Shown: positions 20,256-29,928, numbered from the stretch's first letter. The stretch is DNA of 64,000 nucleotides from an uncultured Gemmatimonadales bacterium (GCA_963828735.1 CAWHFW010000005.1:896001-960000); one strand, 5' to 3'. The notes: generated from the letters alone by a model not told the origin. Numbers and translations: made by a program.

Positions 20256-20361
20256 GCGCTCGTGGTCACGGGGAGGACGCGAGATGACCGCTTCATACAC
20301 GACGGCCCACCGCTTCCCCGGAGGGCGGTCGGCAGGCCGAGTGAAAGTGGTTCCATCACGA

Positions 20362-20391
20362 AGTCTAGGGGGCGGGTACGGGGGAGCGCAA
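20362..20391 (-). promoter_or_regulatory. Sigma70-type promoter upstream of guaB
   Basis: TTGCGC-N18-TAGACT. Confidence 0.5.
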
Positions 20392-20411
20392 GCGGGCGCG
20401 TGGGGCCTGAC

Positions 20412-21887
20412 TCATGCCGCCCCCCGCCGCCAGAGGTAGTAAATGGGAACGCCGAGCGCGACGATGACCACGCCCGGCCAGGTGTAGAGCGGCTTCTCGA
20501 ACAGCAGGATGACCATGAGCCCGGCGTTCGCGACCAGGTAGAGGGCCGGCAGCGCCGGATACCCGAAGGCCTTCACCGGTCGCGGCAGCTCGGGCCGCAG
20601 GCGCCGCAGACGGAACAGCGCGAGGGTCGTGAGGAAATAGAAGACGATGGCGGCGAAGATGACGTAGTCGAGCAACTGCCCGTACGTGCCGCTGACACAC
20701 AGGATGCTCGCCCACACGGCCTGGGCCACGAGCCCGAACACCGGCGTCCGGAACGTGGGATGCAGCACCCCCGCGCGCGCGAAGAACAGGTTGTCGCGCG
20801 CCATCGCGTAGTACACGCGCGGCCCAGAAAGGATGAGGCCGTTGTTGCAGCCGAAGGTCGAGAGCAGGATGGCCACTGCCATGACCGTGGCCGCGCCCGC
20901 GCCCAGCGCGACCTCGACGGCCGCCGTGCCCACCCGATCCTGCACCGCGTACTGGATCCCGCGGGCGAGCACGTCGTGCCCGTTCGGGTCGCCTGCGAAC
21001 GGGAGCATGTTGAGGTAGGCGACATTGGCCAGGATGTAGAGCAGGCTCACCGTCCCCGTTCCGATCGCGAGTGCCCGAGGCAGGTTGCGCGTCGGGTTCT
21101 GCACCTCCGCGGCGGCGAACGTGACGTTGTTCCACGCATCGCTCGAGAAGAGCGAGCCCACCATGGCGGCGCCGATCACCGGGATCACCGCGACGCTCCA
21201 GTCACCGGTGCCCCAGAACGCCGCGAAGTTGGCGGCCGCGATGTCGGGCTGCCGGAACACGGTGAGGCCGAGCAGCACGAGGGCCGCCAGCGCGCCGACC
21301 TTGGCCACGCTGAAGACCGTCTGGATCGCGGCGCCGAGCGTCACGCCGCGGATGTTGGTCGCCGTGAGCACCGCGATCATGACGATCGCCACGATGCGCT
21401 GGGGCGAGAGGCCGAGTTGGATCGCGTCGGTCGCGCCGGGCAGGCGGAGCTGGCCGAGGGGGAGGAACACGTCGGGACTGATGCCAGGCAGCAGCACGCT
21501 CAAGAACTTGGAGAACGCCACGCCCACCGCCGCGATCGTACCGGTCTGGATGACCGCGAACAGCGTCCACCCGTAAAGAAAGCCCGCCAGCGGAGACAGG
21601 CCCTCACGCAGGAACACGTATTGGCCGCCGGCGTTGGGCATCATCGCCGCGAGCTCGGCGTAGACCAGCGCACCGGTGACGGTCATCGCGCCGGTCACGA
21701 CCCAGACGACGAGCAGGGCGCCGGGTCCCCATGCACCCACCTGCCGACCGATGTCCGCCGAGACGATGAAGATCCCCGACCCGATCATCGAGCCGACGAC
21801 CAGGGACACGGCAGCGAGCGGCCCGATGCCGCGGATGAATTCCGTTGGGCCGGACGTGGTCGCCGGTGCCTCGGTCGCCGTGGCCAT
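20412..21887 (-). CDS. APC-family permease (LAT/SteT-like)
   Basis: GSMIGSGIF, AGGQYVFL, SSDAWNN, PRVYYAMARD. Confidence 0.92.
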   Translation of the reverse strand: MATATEAPATTSGPTEFIRGIGPLAAVSLVVGSMIGSGIFIVSADIGRQVGAWGPGALLVVWVVTGAMTVTGALVYAELAAMMPNAGGQYVFLREGLSPLAGFLYGWTLFAVIQTGTIAAVGVAFSKFLSVLLPGISPDVFLPLGQLRLPGATDAIQLGLSPQRIVAIVMIAVLTATNIRGVTLGAAIQTVFSVAKVGALAALVLLGLTVFRQPDIAAANFAAFWGTGDWSVAVIPVIGAAMVGSLFSSDAWNNVTFAAAEVQNPTRNLPRALAIGTGTVSLLYILANVAYLNMLPFAGDPNGHDVLARGIQYAVQDRVGTAAVEVALGAGAATVMAVAILLSTFGCNNGLILSGPRVYYAMARDNLFFARAGVLHPTFRTPVFGLVAQAVWASILCVSGTYGQLLDYVIFAAIVFYFLTTLALFRLRRLRPELPRPVKAFGYPALPALYLVANAGLMVILLFEKPLYTWPGVVIVALGVPIYYLWRRGAA

Positions 21888-21973
21888 GGGCAGCTCGGGA
21901 AAGGAAGTGGTGGGGCGCCAGGCGGGGAGCCTTGGCCCTGCGTGTGATTCGAATGCCCTGCGGGCCTGCAGGA

Positions 21974-22336
21974 TCAGCTTCCGGTGTTGGACTCCGGCGG
22001 CGGCGGCGACGGCGACTCGAGCGCGGGCTTGGAGGCCGACTCGGCGGCCTTGACGGCCTCGTCCACCACCGCCTGGCCGGCGGCCGCCAGCCCCTTCATG
22101 ATCTTGGCCGCGCTATCCATGACGCCCATGGTCCCGCTGATCGCCTGGATCGGAAGCTTGCCGGCGCGCATCGTATCCTCGACGGTTTCCGTGATCTTCG
22201 CGAGGATGCCGGCCGGTCGCGCGCGCTCCGCGTACTTGCTGTCCAGGAACTCGATGTAGTCGAGGATCTGGTAGCCGCGCTCGTCGTCCAGCGCGTCGAG
22301 GAGCCGGCCGATCCGCTGCTTGAGAAGATCGTTCAT
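21974..22336 (-). CDS. Hypothetical helical protein (DUF2281-like N-terminus)
   Basis: Coding-like codon use; QILDYIEFLDSKY; co-oriented between SH3 gene and permease. Confidence 0.7.
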   Translation of the reverse strand: MNDLLKQRIGRLLDALDDERGYQILDYIEFLDSKYAERARPAGILAKITETVEDTMRAGKLPIQAISGTMGVMDSAAKIMKGLAAAGQAVVDEAVKAAESASKPALESPSPPPPESNTGS

Positions 22337-22343
22337 CAGAATC

Positions 22344-23435
22344 CTAGTTTCCGTCCATGCCGGAGACCACCGACACCAGCTCCGCGACCGGCGTCGTGAG
22401 AAACTTGGTGCGAGCCGCCCGAATGTTGACGCGGAGCACCAGCTCCTGGAGCGGTGGGAGCGACTCGAACTCCGCTCTTCGCGACGCGGGAATGGTCACG
22501 TAGACGAACCCGGGCTCGGGCAGGGGTCCGCGGGTCAGAAGATACGGCTGGCCGGGCGGCATCTCGCTCCGAAGCTCGTCCGCTTCCTTGATCGCGATCA
22601 CCTGGACGCGCCACTCGACCGTCTGGCCGACGAAGCGGCCCGGGTCGGCGTGGACTTCTTCGGCCGTAACGCCGACCATCGCCCCGCTGTCGCTCGGCGC
22701 GATCGCGTCCGCCGGGATCCATCCCTCCACCTGAACCTTCACCAGGTCGCCAGAGCGGGCGAGGACCCTGGCCGGAGTACCGCCCTGCAGGGTCCCAAGC
22801 GTGCCGCCCTCGACGGCCGCCGCCAACGGCGTCTCACGCGCGGTCTGAATCCGCTCACCGCCTCCGTCCACGGCGGGCGGAGCAGCCGGGGAAGCGGGCG
22901 CCGCGGGTCCGCGCGGCTTCGGCGACGTCGGCTGCTGTACGACCGCGGGCGCCGGGGCCAGAGCGGTCTTCTCCGGCGCTGCCTTGGCGGGTGACGTCGC
23001 GATCGCCTTCCTCGGAATCCACCCCTTCCGGCGGACCTGAGTCCAGCCGCCCTTCTGGCCCACCCGCTCGAGCAGCGTCCCCTCGCGCACCCGACCCACG
23101 ACCGGCCCGTTCGGGCTGCTCCGGAGGTTCTCGCCTTCGTCCGGCGTGACGACCAGGTCGAACCCATCGCGCCGGGTGCGTTCCGTGGACTCGGTGAAGA
23201 TCCACCCCTCCACCACCGCCGGGTGCCACCCGCCGCGTGCCCGGCCGGCCTCCACCGGAGCCCCCGCCGGGAGCGAGACCAGCGGTACCCCTTCGGGGTC
23301 CTTGTACAGGTCGGCGGGCGCCGCGAGGGCCGTCTCCTCCTGGGCCGCGGCGGCAGCCGCGAGCACGAGGACGGCGACGAGCACGCAGGCTGGAAGGCGA
23401 AGCAGGCCGGGACTAGATTGCGGCGCGTAACTCAC
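22344..23435 (-). CDS. Secreted protein with bacterial SH3-like repeats and C-terminal OB-fold-like region
   Basis: Signal peptide; ENLRSSPNG, GWTQV...GWI, VQVEGWI repeats; Pro-rich linker. Confidence 0.7.
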   Translation of the reverse strand: MSYAPQSSPGLLRLPACVLVAVLVLAAAAAAQEETALAAPADLYKDPEGVPLVSLPAGAPVEAGRARGGWHPAVVEGWIFTESTERTRRDGFDLVVTPDEGENLRSSPNGPVVGRVREGTLLERVGQKGGWTQVRRKGWIPRKAIATSPAKAAPEKTALAPAPAVVQQPTSPKPRGPAAPASPAAPPAVDGGGERIQTARETPLAAAVEGGTLGTLQGGTPARVLARSGDLVKVQVEGWIPADAIAPSDSGAMVGVTAEEVHADPGRFVGQTVEWRVQVIAIKEADELRSEMPPGQPYLLTRGPLPEPGFVYVTIPASRRAEFESLPPLQELVLRVNIRAARTKFLTTPVAELVSVVSGMDGN

Positions 23436-23465
23436 AGTCCGGCATTGTAGAACACGCGGAGACTC

Positions 23466-25016
23466 ATGTCAAACGGCAGCGCCCCGCACCGGGTCGTCCT
23501 GGTCGTGCTGGACGGCTGGGGGTACCGGCAGGAGCGCGAGGGAAACGCGATCGAGCTGGCCTCGACTCCGGTCTGGCACCGGCTCTGGGAGAGCTACCCG
23601 AGGACGCTGCTGGACGCGAGCGGGCTGGCTGTCGGCCTGCCAGAGGGGCAGATGGGCAACAGCGAGGTCGGGCACCTCAACCTTGGCGCCGGCCGGGTCG
23701 TGCCCCAGGACCTGGTGCGGATCTCCCAGAGCATCCAGAGCGGCGAGTTCTACCAGCTGCCGCCGCTCGTCGAGCTGTGCACGTCGCTCCGGCAGACGGG
23801 CGGCACCCTCCACCTGGTCGGCCTGCTCGGTCCCGGCGGCGTCCACGCGCTCGACCGCCACCTGCTGGCCTGCGTCGAGCTGGGGATCCGGCAGCGGGTG
23901 CCCGCGATCGCCATCCATGGATTCCTCGACGGCCGGGACTCCGCGCCCACGCTCGGCGCCGAGGTCGTACGCACGCTGCTGCTCGACATGCGGCGGATCG
24001 CCGGGCAGCGCGTGGACATCGCCTCGCTGACCGGCCGCTACTTCGGGATGGATCGGGATCGGCGGTGGGACCGGACCCGGCTGGCGTACGATGCCATGGC
24101 GCACGGCATCGGGACGCCGGTCGAGCATCCGGTGCTCGCGGTCCAGGCGGCCTACCAGCGAGGCGAAACGGACGAGTTCATTCGGCCGCTGGTGCATCAC
24201 CGGAACGGGGTGCCGGTCGCCACCATGCGCGAGGGTGACGGCGTCCTGTTCTTCAACTACCGCAGCGACCGCATGCGCCAGATCGTGGGCGCGCTCGCGG
24301 TGAACGACTTCGACGCGTTCGACCGAGGGGATCGGCCGGCGCTCTCCTGCGTCACGATGACGCAGTACGATCAGACGTTTCCGCTGCCGCAGGCGTTTCC
24401 CCCGTTCAGCCTCGCGCGGATTCTGGCCGAGGTGCTGGCCGACCACGGCCGGAGCCAGTTCCGCACCGCGGAGACCGAGAAGTACCCGCACGTCACGTAC
24501 TTCTTCAACGGCGGCTACGAGCCGCCGTACCCGGGGGAAGAGCGCTGTCTCATCCCGTCGCAGCGCGTAGCGACGTACGACCTGGCCCCGGAGATGAGCG
24601 CGGCCGGCATCACCGACGCGCTCTGCCGCACCATCGAAGGCGGCCACCACGATTTCATCCTGTGCAACTACGCGAACGCCGACATGGTGGGGCACACCGG
24701 CGTGCTGCCGGCGGTCGTGAAGGCGGTGGAAACGGTGGACCGGTGCCTCGAGCGGGTGCTCGTGAGTGCGGAGCGGGCCGATACCAGCGTCCTCATCACG
24801 GCCGATCACGGCAACTGCGAGATGATGGTCGACCCCGTGACCGGCGGGGTGCATACGGCGCATACGACGAATCCGGTGCCCCTGGTGGCGGTGCGCGCGG
24901 GGGCCGACACACTCCGGCGCGGCGGCTCGCTCCGGGACGTCGCGCCGACCGTGCTGAGCCTGATCGGGATCGCGCGCCCGTCGGAGATGACGGGGCGGGA
25001 CCTGCGGGACTGCTGA
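23466..25016 (+). CDS. gpmI: 2,3-bisphosphoglycerate-independent phosphoglycerate mutase
   Basis: LDGWG, GQMGNSEVGH, DGRD, AETEKYPHVT, DMVGHTG, ADHGN, TAHT. Confidence 0.97.
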   Translation: MSNGSAPHRVVLVVLDGWGYRQEREGNAIELASTPVWHRLWESYPRTLLDASGLAVGLPEGQMGNSEVGHLNLGAGRVVPQDLVRISQSIQSGEFYQLPPLVELCTSLRQTGGTLHLVGLLGPGGVHALDRHLLACVELGIRQRVPAIAIHGFLDGRDSAPTLGAEVVRTLLLDMRRIAGQRVDIASLTGRYFGMDRDRRWDRTRLAYDAMAHGIGTPVEHPVLAVQAAYQRGETDEFIRPLVHHRNGVPVATMREGDGVLFFNYRSDRMRQIVGALAVNDFDAFDRGDRPALSCVTMTQYDQTFPLPQAFPPFSLARILAEVLADHGRSQFRTAETEKYPHVTYFFNGGYEPPYPGEERCLIPSQRVATYDLAPEMSAAGITDALCRTIEGGHHDFILCNYANADMVGHTGVLPAVVKAVETVDRCLERVLVSAERADTSVLITADHGNCEMMVDPVTGGVHTAHTTNPVPLVAVRAGADTLRRGGSLRDVAPTVLSLIGIARPSEMTGRDLRDC

Positions 25017-25047
25017 CGTGACCGGAAACCCTGGCGAGAGGACGCGG

Positions 25048-25794
25048 ATGGTGAAGCGCACGGCGGAACGTGGCGTGGGACGGAAGACAATCCAGCTGGC
25101 GGCGGCCGTCGTGCTCGTCCTGGCGCCGGCTCGAGGCGCGGCCCAGGTGGGGCACCCGCCGAGCTCGTCTCCGTACCGCGACATCCGCAAGGGCCACCAG
25201 ATCACGCTGACCTACGGGCATTTCGGCGGGGACGGCGGTGACCTCGGCGTCGGCCCGCATGACGGCCCCGCCTACGGCTTCCGCTACGATCTGCGCACCG
25301 GCTCCACGATCCAGTTCGGGCTCGGCCTGGCGTACGCGGAGCTGCAGCGCCTCATCGTGGACCCGTTCGTCGAGGTGGCAAACCGGGTGTCGGGGCCGGT
25401 GGACCAGAACGTCACGATGGCCGACGTGAACATTCAGTTCAACATGACGGGAGGCAAGTCGTGGCACCGGCTCGCGCCTTTCCTGGGTGCGGGCGTCGGC
25501 GTCACGTTTCCGAGTTCCACGCCCCAGGATACGAGCCGGTTCGAGTTCGGCCACAAGATCTACCTGGCGCCGTTCGTCGGCGTGCGCGTGTTCGTGAGCG
25601 ACCGGCTGTCGCTCCGCGGCGAAGCCCGGACGGTTTTCTGGAAGCTCAAGTATCCCACGACTTTCGCGGATGAACCGGTGCTCGATCCGGGTCTGCCTCC
25701 GAACTCGCACGCCGTGATCCCCAACGGCAACCTGGACGAGTGGGACTCGAGCTCCTGGCTGCTCGTGGGCCTCGCCTATTCCTTCTCGCCTTGA
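25048..25794 (+). CDS. Outer-membrane beta-barrel protein
   Basis: Signal peptide, PFLGAGVG, LSLRGEAR, C-terminal VGLAYSF. Confidence 0.7.
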   Translation: MVKRTAERGVGRKTIQLAAAVVLVLAPARGAAQVGHPPSSSPYRDIRKGHQITLTYGHFGGDGGDLGVGPHDGPAYGFRYDLRTGSTIQFGLGLAYAELQRLIVDPFVEVANRVSGPVDQNVTMADVNIQFNMTGGKSWHRLAPFLGAGVGVTFPSSTPQDTSRFEFGHKIYLAPFVGVRVFVSDRLSLRGEARTVFWKLKYPTTFADEPVLDPGLPPNSHAVIPNGNLDEWDSSSWLLVGLAYSFSP

Positions 25795-26219
25795 CGACCC
25801 ACGCGTCGCTGTCCCGGATCGTCGGATTCCGCGCGCTCCACCGCTTCTATCGGCCGGAATGGAGCGAGGCCCGGAACCGGGAAGCGTTCGGACCCTTGTC
25901 CGACCCGCCCGGTCATGCGCACGACTACCAATGCCTCGTCACCGTGTCCGGTCCGCTGGCGCCGCTCCACGGGATGGTGATGGACCTGGTGGCGCTCGAC
26001 CGCATCCTGCACGAGGAGGTGGTCGCGCGCTTCGACGGCCGCCACCTCAACCTCGACATTCCCGAGTTCGCGTACGGGCGGCTCCTGCCGACGTGCGAGG
26101 CCATCGCAGCCCATGTCTACCCGCGGGTGGCTGGCCGCCTGCCCGCAGGGGTCCTGCTCGACCGGGTCCGCATCGCCGAAGACCCGAGCCTCTATGCCGA
26201 GTGCATCCGGCTGCCCTGA
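25791..26219 (+). CDS. PTPS/QueD-family (6-pyruvoyl/6-carboxy-tetrahydropterin synthase-like) protein, variant active site
   Basis: FRALHR, NREAFG, GHAHDY, GMVMDL, HLN, PTCE; TTG start overlaps upstream stop. Confidence 0.85.
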   Translation: MTTHASLSRIVGFRALHRFYRPEWSEARNREAFGPLSDPPGHAHDYQCLVTVSGPLAPLHGMVMDLVALDRILHEEVVARFDGRHLNLDIPEFAYGRLLPTCEAIAAHVYPRVAGRLPAGVLLDRVRIAEDPSLYAECIRLP

Positions 26220-26338
26220 CCGGCCCCAATCCGCCTCGGCCTGTGTGGGCCCCCGGCGGCCGCGCCGTCTCCACGTTTCAAGCGGCGCCGGACGCGGAGT
26301 GAGTCGCATGCGCGCGCGCCGCCTCACCCCGGCCGTCG

Positions 26339-26752
26339 ATGCCGCCTGACCGGTCACGGGTGGCCGAGATCCTTCGCTCGGCCCGACGCATCGCGGTGGT
26401 GGGGTTGAGTCCCAAGCCCGAGCGGCCCAGTCACGGCGTCGCCAGCTATCTCCAGCGGGCAGGCTACACGATCATTCCGGTCCGACCGACCGGCCGCGAG
26501 ATTCTGGGCGAGCCGGTGCAGCCCAACCTGCGCGCCGCCGCCGCCACGGGTCCGATCGACGTCGTCGACATCTTCCGGCGGTCGGAGTTCGTTGCGGGGC
26601 TCGCGGACGATCTCCTGGCGGTGCGCCCGCGGCTCGTCTGGATGCAGGTCGGCGTCCGCGACGACGCCACCGCACGCCGCCTCGAGGCGGCAGGGATTCC
26701 CGTCGTGATGGACCGGTGCCTGGCCGTGGATCACCATTCGCTGGGGGGCTGA
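26339..26752 (+). CDS. CoA-binding protein (YccU family)
   Basis: IAVVGLSPKPERPS, IDVVDIFR, VWMQVG, VMDRC. Confidence 0.9.
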   Translation: MPPDRSRVAEILRSARRIAVVGLSPKPERPSHGVASYLQRAGYTIIPVRPTGREILGEPVQPNLRAAAATGPIDVVDIFRRSEFVAGLADDLLAVRPRLVWMQVGVRDDATARRLEAAGIPVVMDRCLAVDHHSLGG

Positions 26753-26757
26753 ATCGG

Positions 26758-27552
26758 ATGAGAGAGTCCGTCGCCGTCGCCGTCGCGATTCTCGCGGCGT
26801 CCGGAACACCGCTCGCGGCGCAGGCGACGCGCGACCAGCCGACGCTGATCTTCACCGTCTCCGCTTCGTTCCTCGACGGCATCAGTCTCTGGACGGTGGC
26901 GGACCAGCCCGTGGCCGACAACAGCATCACCACCCTCACCGACCAGTTCTTCCTCAAACGGAACGTCAAGAAGACGTTCGGCGCCGGCTTTTCCGGAACG
27001 TACTACAAGGGCGCACACCTCGGCCTCACCGGCGAGGTGTTCCTGCTCGGACTGGGCTACGACGACGAGTGCGTGATCGCCGAGCCCGCGCAATCCGAGC
27101 TGAACGTGGAGCGGTGCAACTCGATCAACGACCGCGAGCGCTCGGCGGCGTCCGTCACCACGTCGGCCGGCGTGGTGTACCGGGTCGGCGCGGACGAGTT
27201 CATCTCGCCATTCCTCCGCGCCACCCTCGGGGTCCTGATCAACAACCAGAGCCCGTTGCTCGTGGTGGGTGAGGCCAACAACGGCGCCGAGCTCATCATC
27301 TACAACGACGAGCAAAACGGCACCCGCATCCGCCCCGCGTTGACCCTCGGCGTGGGCACAACGATCGCCGCCGGGCGTGGCTACCAGATCCGCTGGGAGA
27401 TCCGTGACAACATCGCCGGGATCCAGCAGGTCACCGGCCCGTCGCCAACACGCGGCGCGGTGCCCCCGCACGAGACCGCGTACCGGCACATCTTCAGCCT
27501 GAGCGTCGGGCTCGACGTGATTCTCGAGAAGCGGCGCGGGAGACGCTACTGA
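26758..27552 (+). CDS. Outer-membrane beta-barrel-like protein
   Basis: Signal peptide, amphipathic strands, SPFLRATLG, YQIRWEIRD; basic tail EKRRGRRY. Confidence 0.6.
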   Translation: MRESVAVAVAILAASGTPLAAQATRDQPTLIFTVSASFLDGISLWTVADQPVADNSITTLTDQFFLKRNVKKTFGAGFSGTYYKGAHLGLTGEVFLLGLGYDDECVIAEPAQSELNVERCNSINDRERSAASVTTSAGVVYRVGADEFISPFLRATLGVLINNQSPLLVVGEANNGAELIIYNDEQNGTRIRPALTLGVGTTIAAGRGYQIRWEIRDNIAGIQQVTGPSPTRGAVPPHETAYRHIFSLSVGLDVILEKRRGRRY

Positions 27553-28172
27553 GCGACTCGCCGGCCCGCGGAGCGGTGCTCGCGGGTGGCGGCGCCACCC
27601 GGTTCGGGGGCCGCCCGAAGGGGCTCGAGCGGGTGGGTGGCGAGCGAATCCTCGACCGCCTGGTCCGCACGCTCACCGACGCGCTCGGAGCCCCGCCGAT
27701 CCTGGTGGCCAACGCCCCGGACGCCGCCGCGTGGCGCCCGGATCTCCGGGTCGTCGCCGACGTGCGGCCCGGTCACGGCTCGCTCGGCGGGATTTACACC
27801 GCTGTGATCGAGGCGCCCGCCCCGGTCGTCTGCGTCGCGTGGGACATGCCCTTCGTCTCGGCGCCGCTGGTGCGGGCGCTCGCGGCCGGGCTCCCGGGTC
27901 ACGATGCGATGCTCCCGTGGAGCGAGGGTCGCCGCGGGGTCGAGCCGATGTGCGGCGCGTATGGCCCCGGCTGCCGGGACGCGATCGCCGCCAGCCTCGA
28001 CGCCGGCGAGCTTCGTGCCGTCGGCTTCCACCCGCGCATCTCTCTCGGTATCCTCCCTCTGTCCGATGTCCGGCGCTACGGCGATCCGGAGCTCCTCTTC
28101 TTCAACGTCAACACGGCGGACGACCTCGCGCGCGCGGACGGCCTGTGGCGTCAACACGGATCCTCTCCATAG
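27549..28172 (+). CDS. mobA: Molybdenum cofactor guanylyltransferase (probable CTG start)
   Basis: GAVLAGGGATRFGGRPKG, GSLGGIYT, WDMPF, FFNVNT. Confidence 0.9.
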   Translation: MSDSPARGAVLAGGGATRFGGRPKGLERVGGERILDRLVRTLTDALGAPPILVANAPDAAAWRPDLRVVADVRPGHGSLGGIYTAVIEAPAPVVCVAWDMPFVSAPLVRALAAGLPGHDAMLPWSEGRRGVEPMCGAYGPGCRDAIAASLDAGELRAVGFHPRISLGILPLSDVRRYGDPELLFFNVNTADDLARADGLWRQHGSSP

Positions 28173-28678
28173 TCGGTCGCAAGGGCGCCGGAAAGACGAC
28201 GCTCACCGTCGCGCTGGCCAGTGAGCTCGCGCGCCGCGGCCGGCGCGTGATGACGATGAAGCACACCCATCACACCGCCGACGTGGACCGCCCCGGCACG
28301 GACAGCTGGCGGCACTTTCAGGAGGGCCGTGCCGAGCGTGTGCTGCTCGCGACGCCCGGCATGCGCGTGCTGTTCGAGCGGGGCGAGGACGAGTACGACC
28401 CGATTGCCCTGGCGCGACGCTATCTCTCCGACGCCGACGTCGTCCTGGCAGAGGGCTTCAAGGACGCGCCGATCCCGAAGATCGAGGTGTTCCGCTCGTC
28501 GGTGGCCTCGTCGCCGATCTACGACGCCGGCTCCGCGGAGGCCGCCTTGTGGGCCGCTCTCGTGACCGACGACCTCGACTTCGAGGCGCCCACGAGGGTG
28601 ATCCACTTCCAGGACACGATGTGGCTCCAGCTCCTGGCCACCATCACGCTGGAGCACGCACGGGCGATCGACCCGTGA
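28145..28678 (+). CDS. mobB: Molybdopterin-guanine dinucleotide biosynthesis protein B
   Basis: GRKGAGKTT, KHTHH, GTDS, EGFK, PKIEV. Confidence 0.9.
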   Translation: MASTRILSIVGRKGAGKTTLTVALASELARRGRRVMTMKHTHHTADVDRPGTDSWRHFQEGRAERVLLATPGMRVLFERGEDEYDPIALARRYLSDADVVLAEGFKDAPIPKIEVFRSSVASSPIYDAGSAEAALWAALVTDDLDFEAPTRVIHFQDTMWLQLLATITLEHARAIDP

Positions 28679-29928
28679 ACGCCCCCCTGGCCGCCGCTGA
28701 CGCGGCGCGCCGGATCCTCGACGACATCCACCGCCAGCCAGCACTCCGCGTCCCGCTCGACGACGCGCTCGACAGCGTGCTCGCCGAGGACGTCGTGAGC
28801 CCCATCGACATTCCCCCCTGGAACAACTCCGCCATGGACGGCTACGCGGTCCGCGGCGACGACCTCCGGGGCGCGACCGCGGAGCGGCCGGTCCGACTCC
28901 GCGTCGTTGAGCACGTCCCCGCCGGGTCGTTCCCGACATGCACCCTGGGGCCCGGCGAGAGCACGCGGATCTTCACCGGAGCCCCGATCCCGGCCGGCGC
29001 CGATACGGTCGTGCGGCAGGAGGACACCGATCAGGGCGCGGACGAGGTGGCGATCCTTCGCGGGCCGGAGGCGGGTGTCAACATCCGCCCCGCCGGCGAG
29101 GATATCCGGCGCGGCGCGACCGTGCTCACCGCCAACACGGCGCTCGGCGCGGCGCAGCTCGGCGTCCTCGCGTCGCTCGCGGTGGCGCAGCCGCTGGTCT
29201 ACCGGCGGCCGCGGGTCGCCATCCTTGGCAGCGGCGACGAGATCGTCGATGTCGACCACCCCGAGGAGATCCTGAGCGGCCGGAAGATCGGGAGCAGCAA
29301 CACGCATACACTCGTGGCACTGGTGCGAACCGCGGGCGGCAAGCCGGTCAACCTCGGCATCGCTCGCGACACCCCCGCGAGCCTGCGAGAACACCTTCAA
29401 CGAGCGCTCGACTGCGACCTGCTCGTCACGACGGCCGGCATCAGCGTGGGCGAGCACGACTACGTGCGATCGGTGCTGGATGAGCTCGGCGCCGAGCAGC
29501 GATTCTGGCGGATCCGGATGCGTCCGGGCGCGCCGGTCGGATTCGGGCAGGTGGGCGGCATTCCGTGGATTGGGCTGCCGGGCAATCCGGTGAGTACGAT
29601 GGTGACGTTCGAGCTGTTCGTCCGGCCGGCGATCCGCAAGATGAGCGGCCATCTGCTCCCGTTCCGGAGGAGCGTGCCGGTGCGGCTGACTCAGGCGGTG
29701 TCGCTCAAGCCGAGGCTTCAGCACTTCCTGCGCGGGGTGGTGACGTCCCGGGACGGTCGATCCGAGGCCCGGCTTACCGGTCCACAGGGCTCCGGCCTCC
29801 TCACTTCGATGGCGCTCGCCAACGCCCTCCTGATCATTCCCGAGGGCCAGCTCGAGACACCCGCCGGCACGCAGGTCGAGGCAATCATGCTCGACGACCC
29901 GTCTCACCAGACGGAACCGGGCTTCTAG
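28675..29928 (+). CDS. moeA: Molybdopterin molybdenumtransferase
   Basis: SAMDGYAV, IFTGAPIP, SGDE, SVGEHD, GLPGNPVS, QGSG. Confidence 0.95.
   Translation: MNAPLAAADAARRILDDIHRQPALRVPLDDALDSVLAEDVVSPIDIPPWNNSAMDGYAVRGDDLRGATAERPVRLRVVEHVPAGSFPTCTLGPGESTRIFTGAPIPAGADTVVRQEDTDQGADEVAILRGPEAGVNIRPAGEDIRRGATVLTANTALGAAQLGVLASLAVAQPLVYRRPRVAILGSGDEIVDVDHPEEILSGRKIGSSNTHTLVALVRTAGGKPVNLGIARDTPASLREHLQRALDCDLLVTTAGISVGEHDYVRSVLDELGAEQRFWRIRMRPGAPVGFGQVGGIPWIGLPGNPVSTMVTFELFVRPAIRKMSGHLLPFRRSVPVRLTQAVSLKPRLQHFLRGVVTSRDGRSEARLTGPQGSGLLTSMALANALLIIPEGQLETPAGTQVEAIMLDDPSHQTEPGF

Noticed and set aside
17658..21947. 1429-aa plus-strand ORF
   Set aside because: Antisense shadow of the permeases and guaB; no motifs, typical high-GC artefact.
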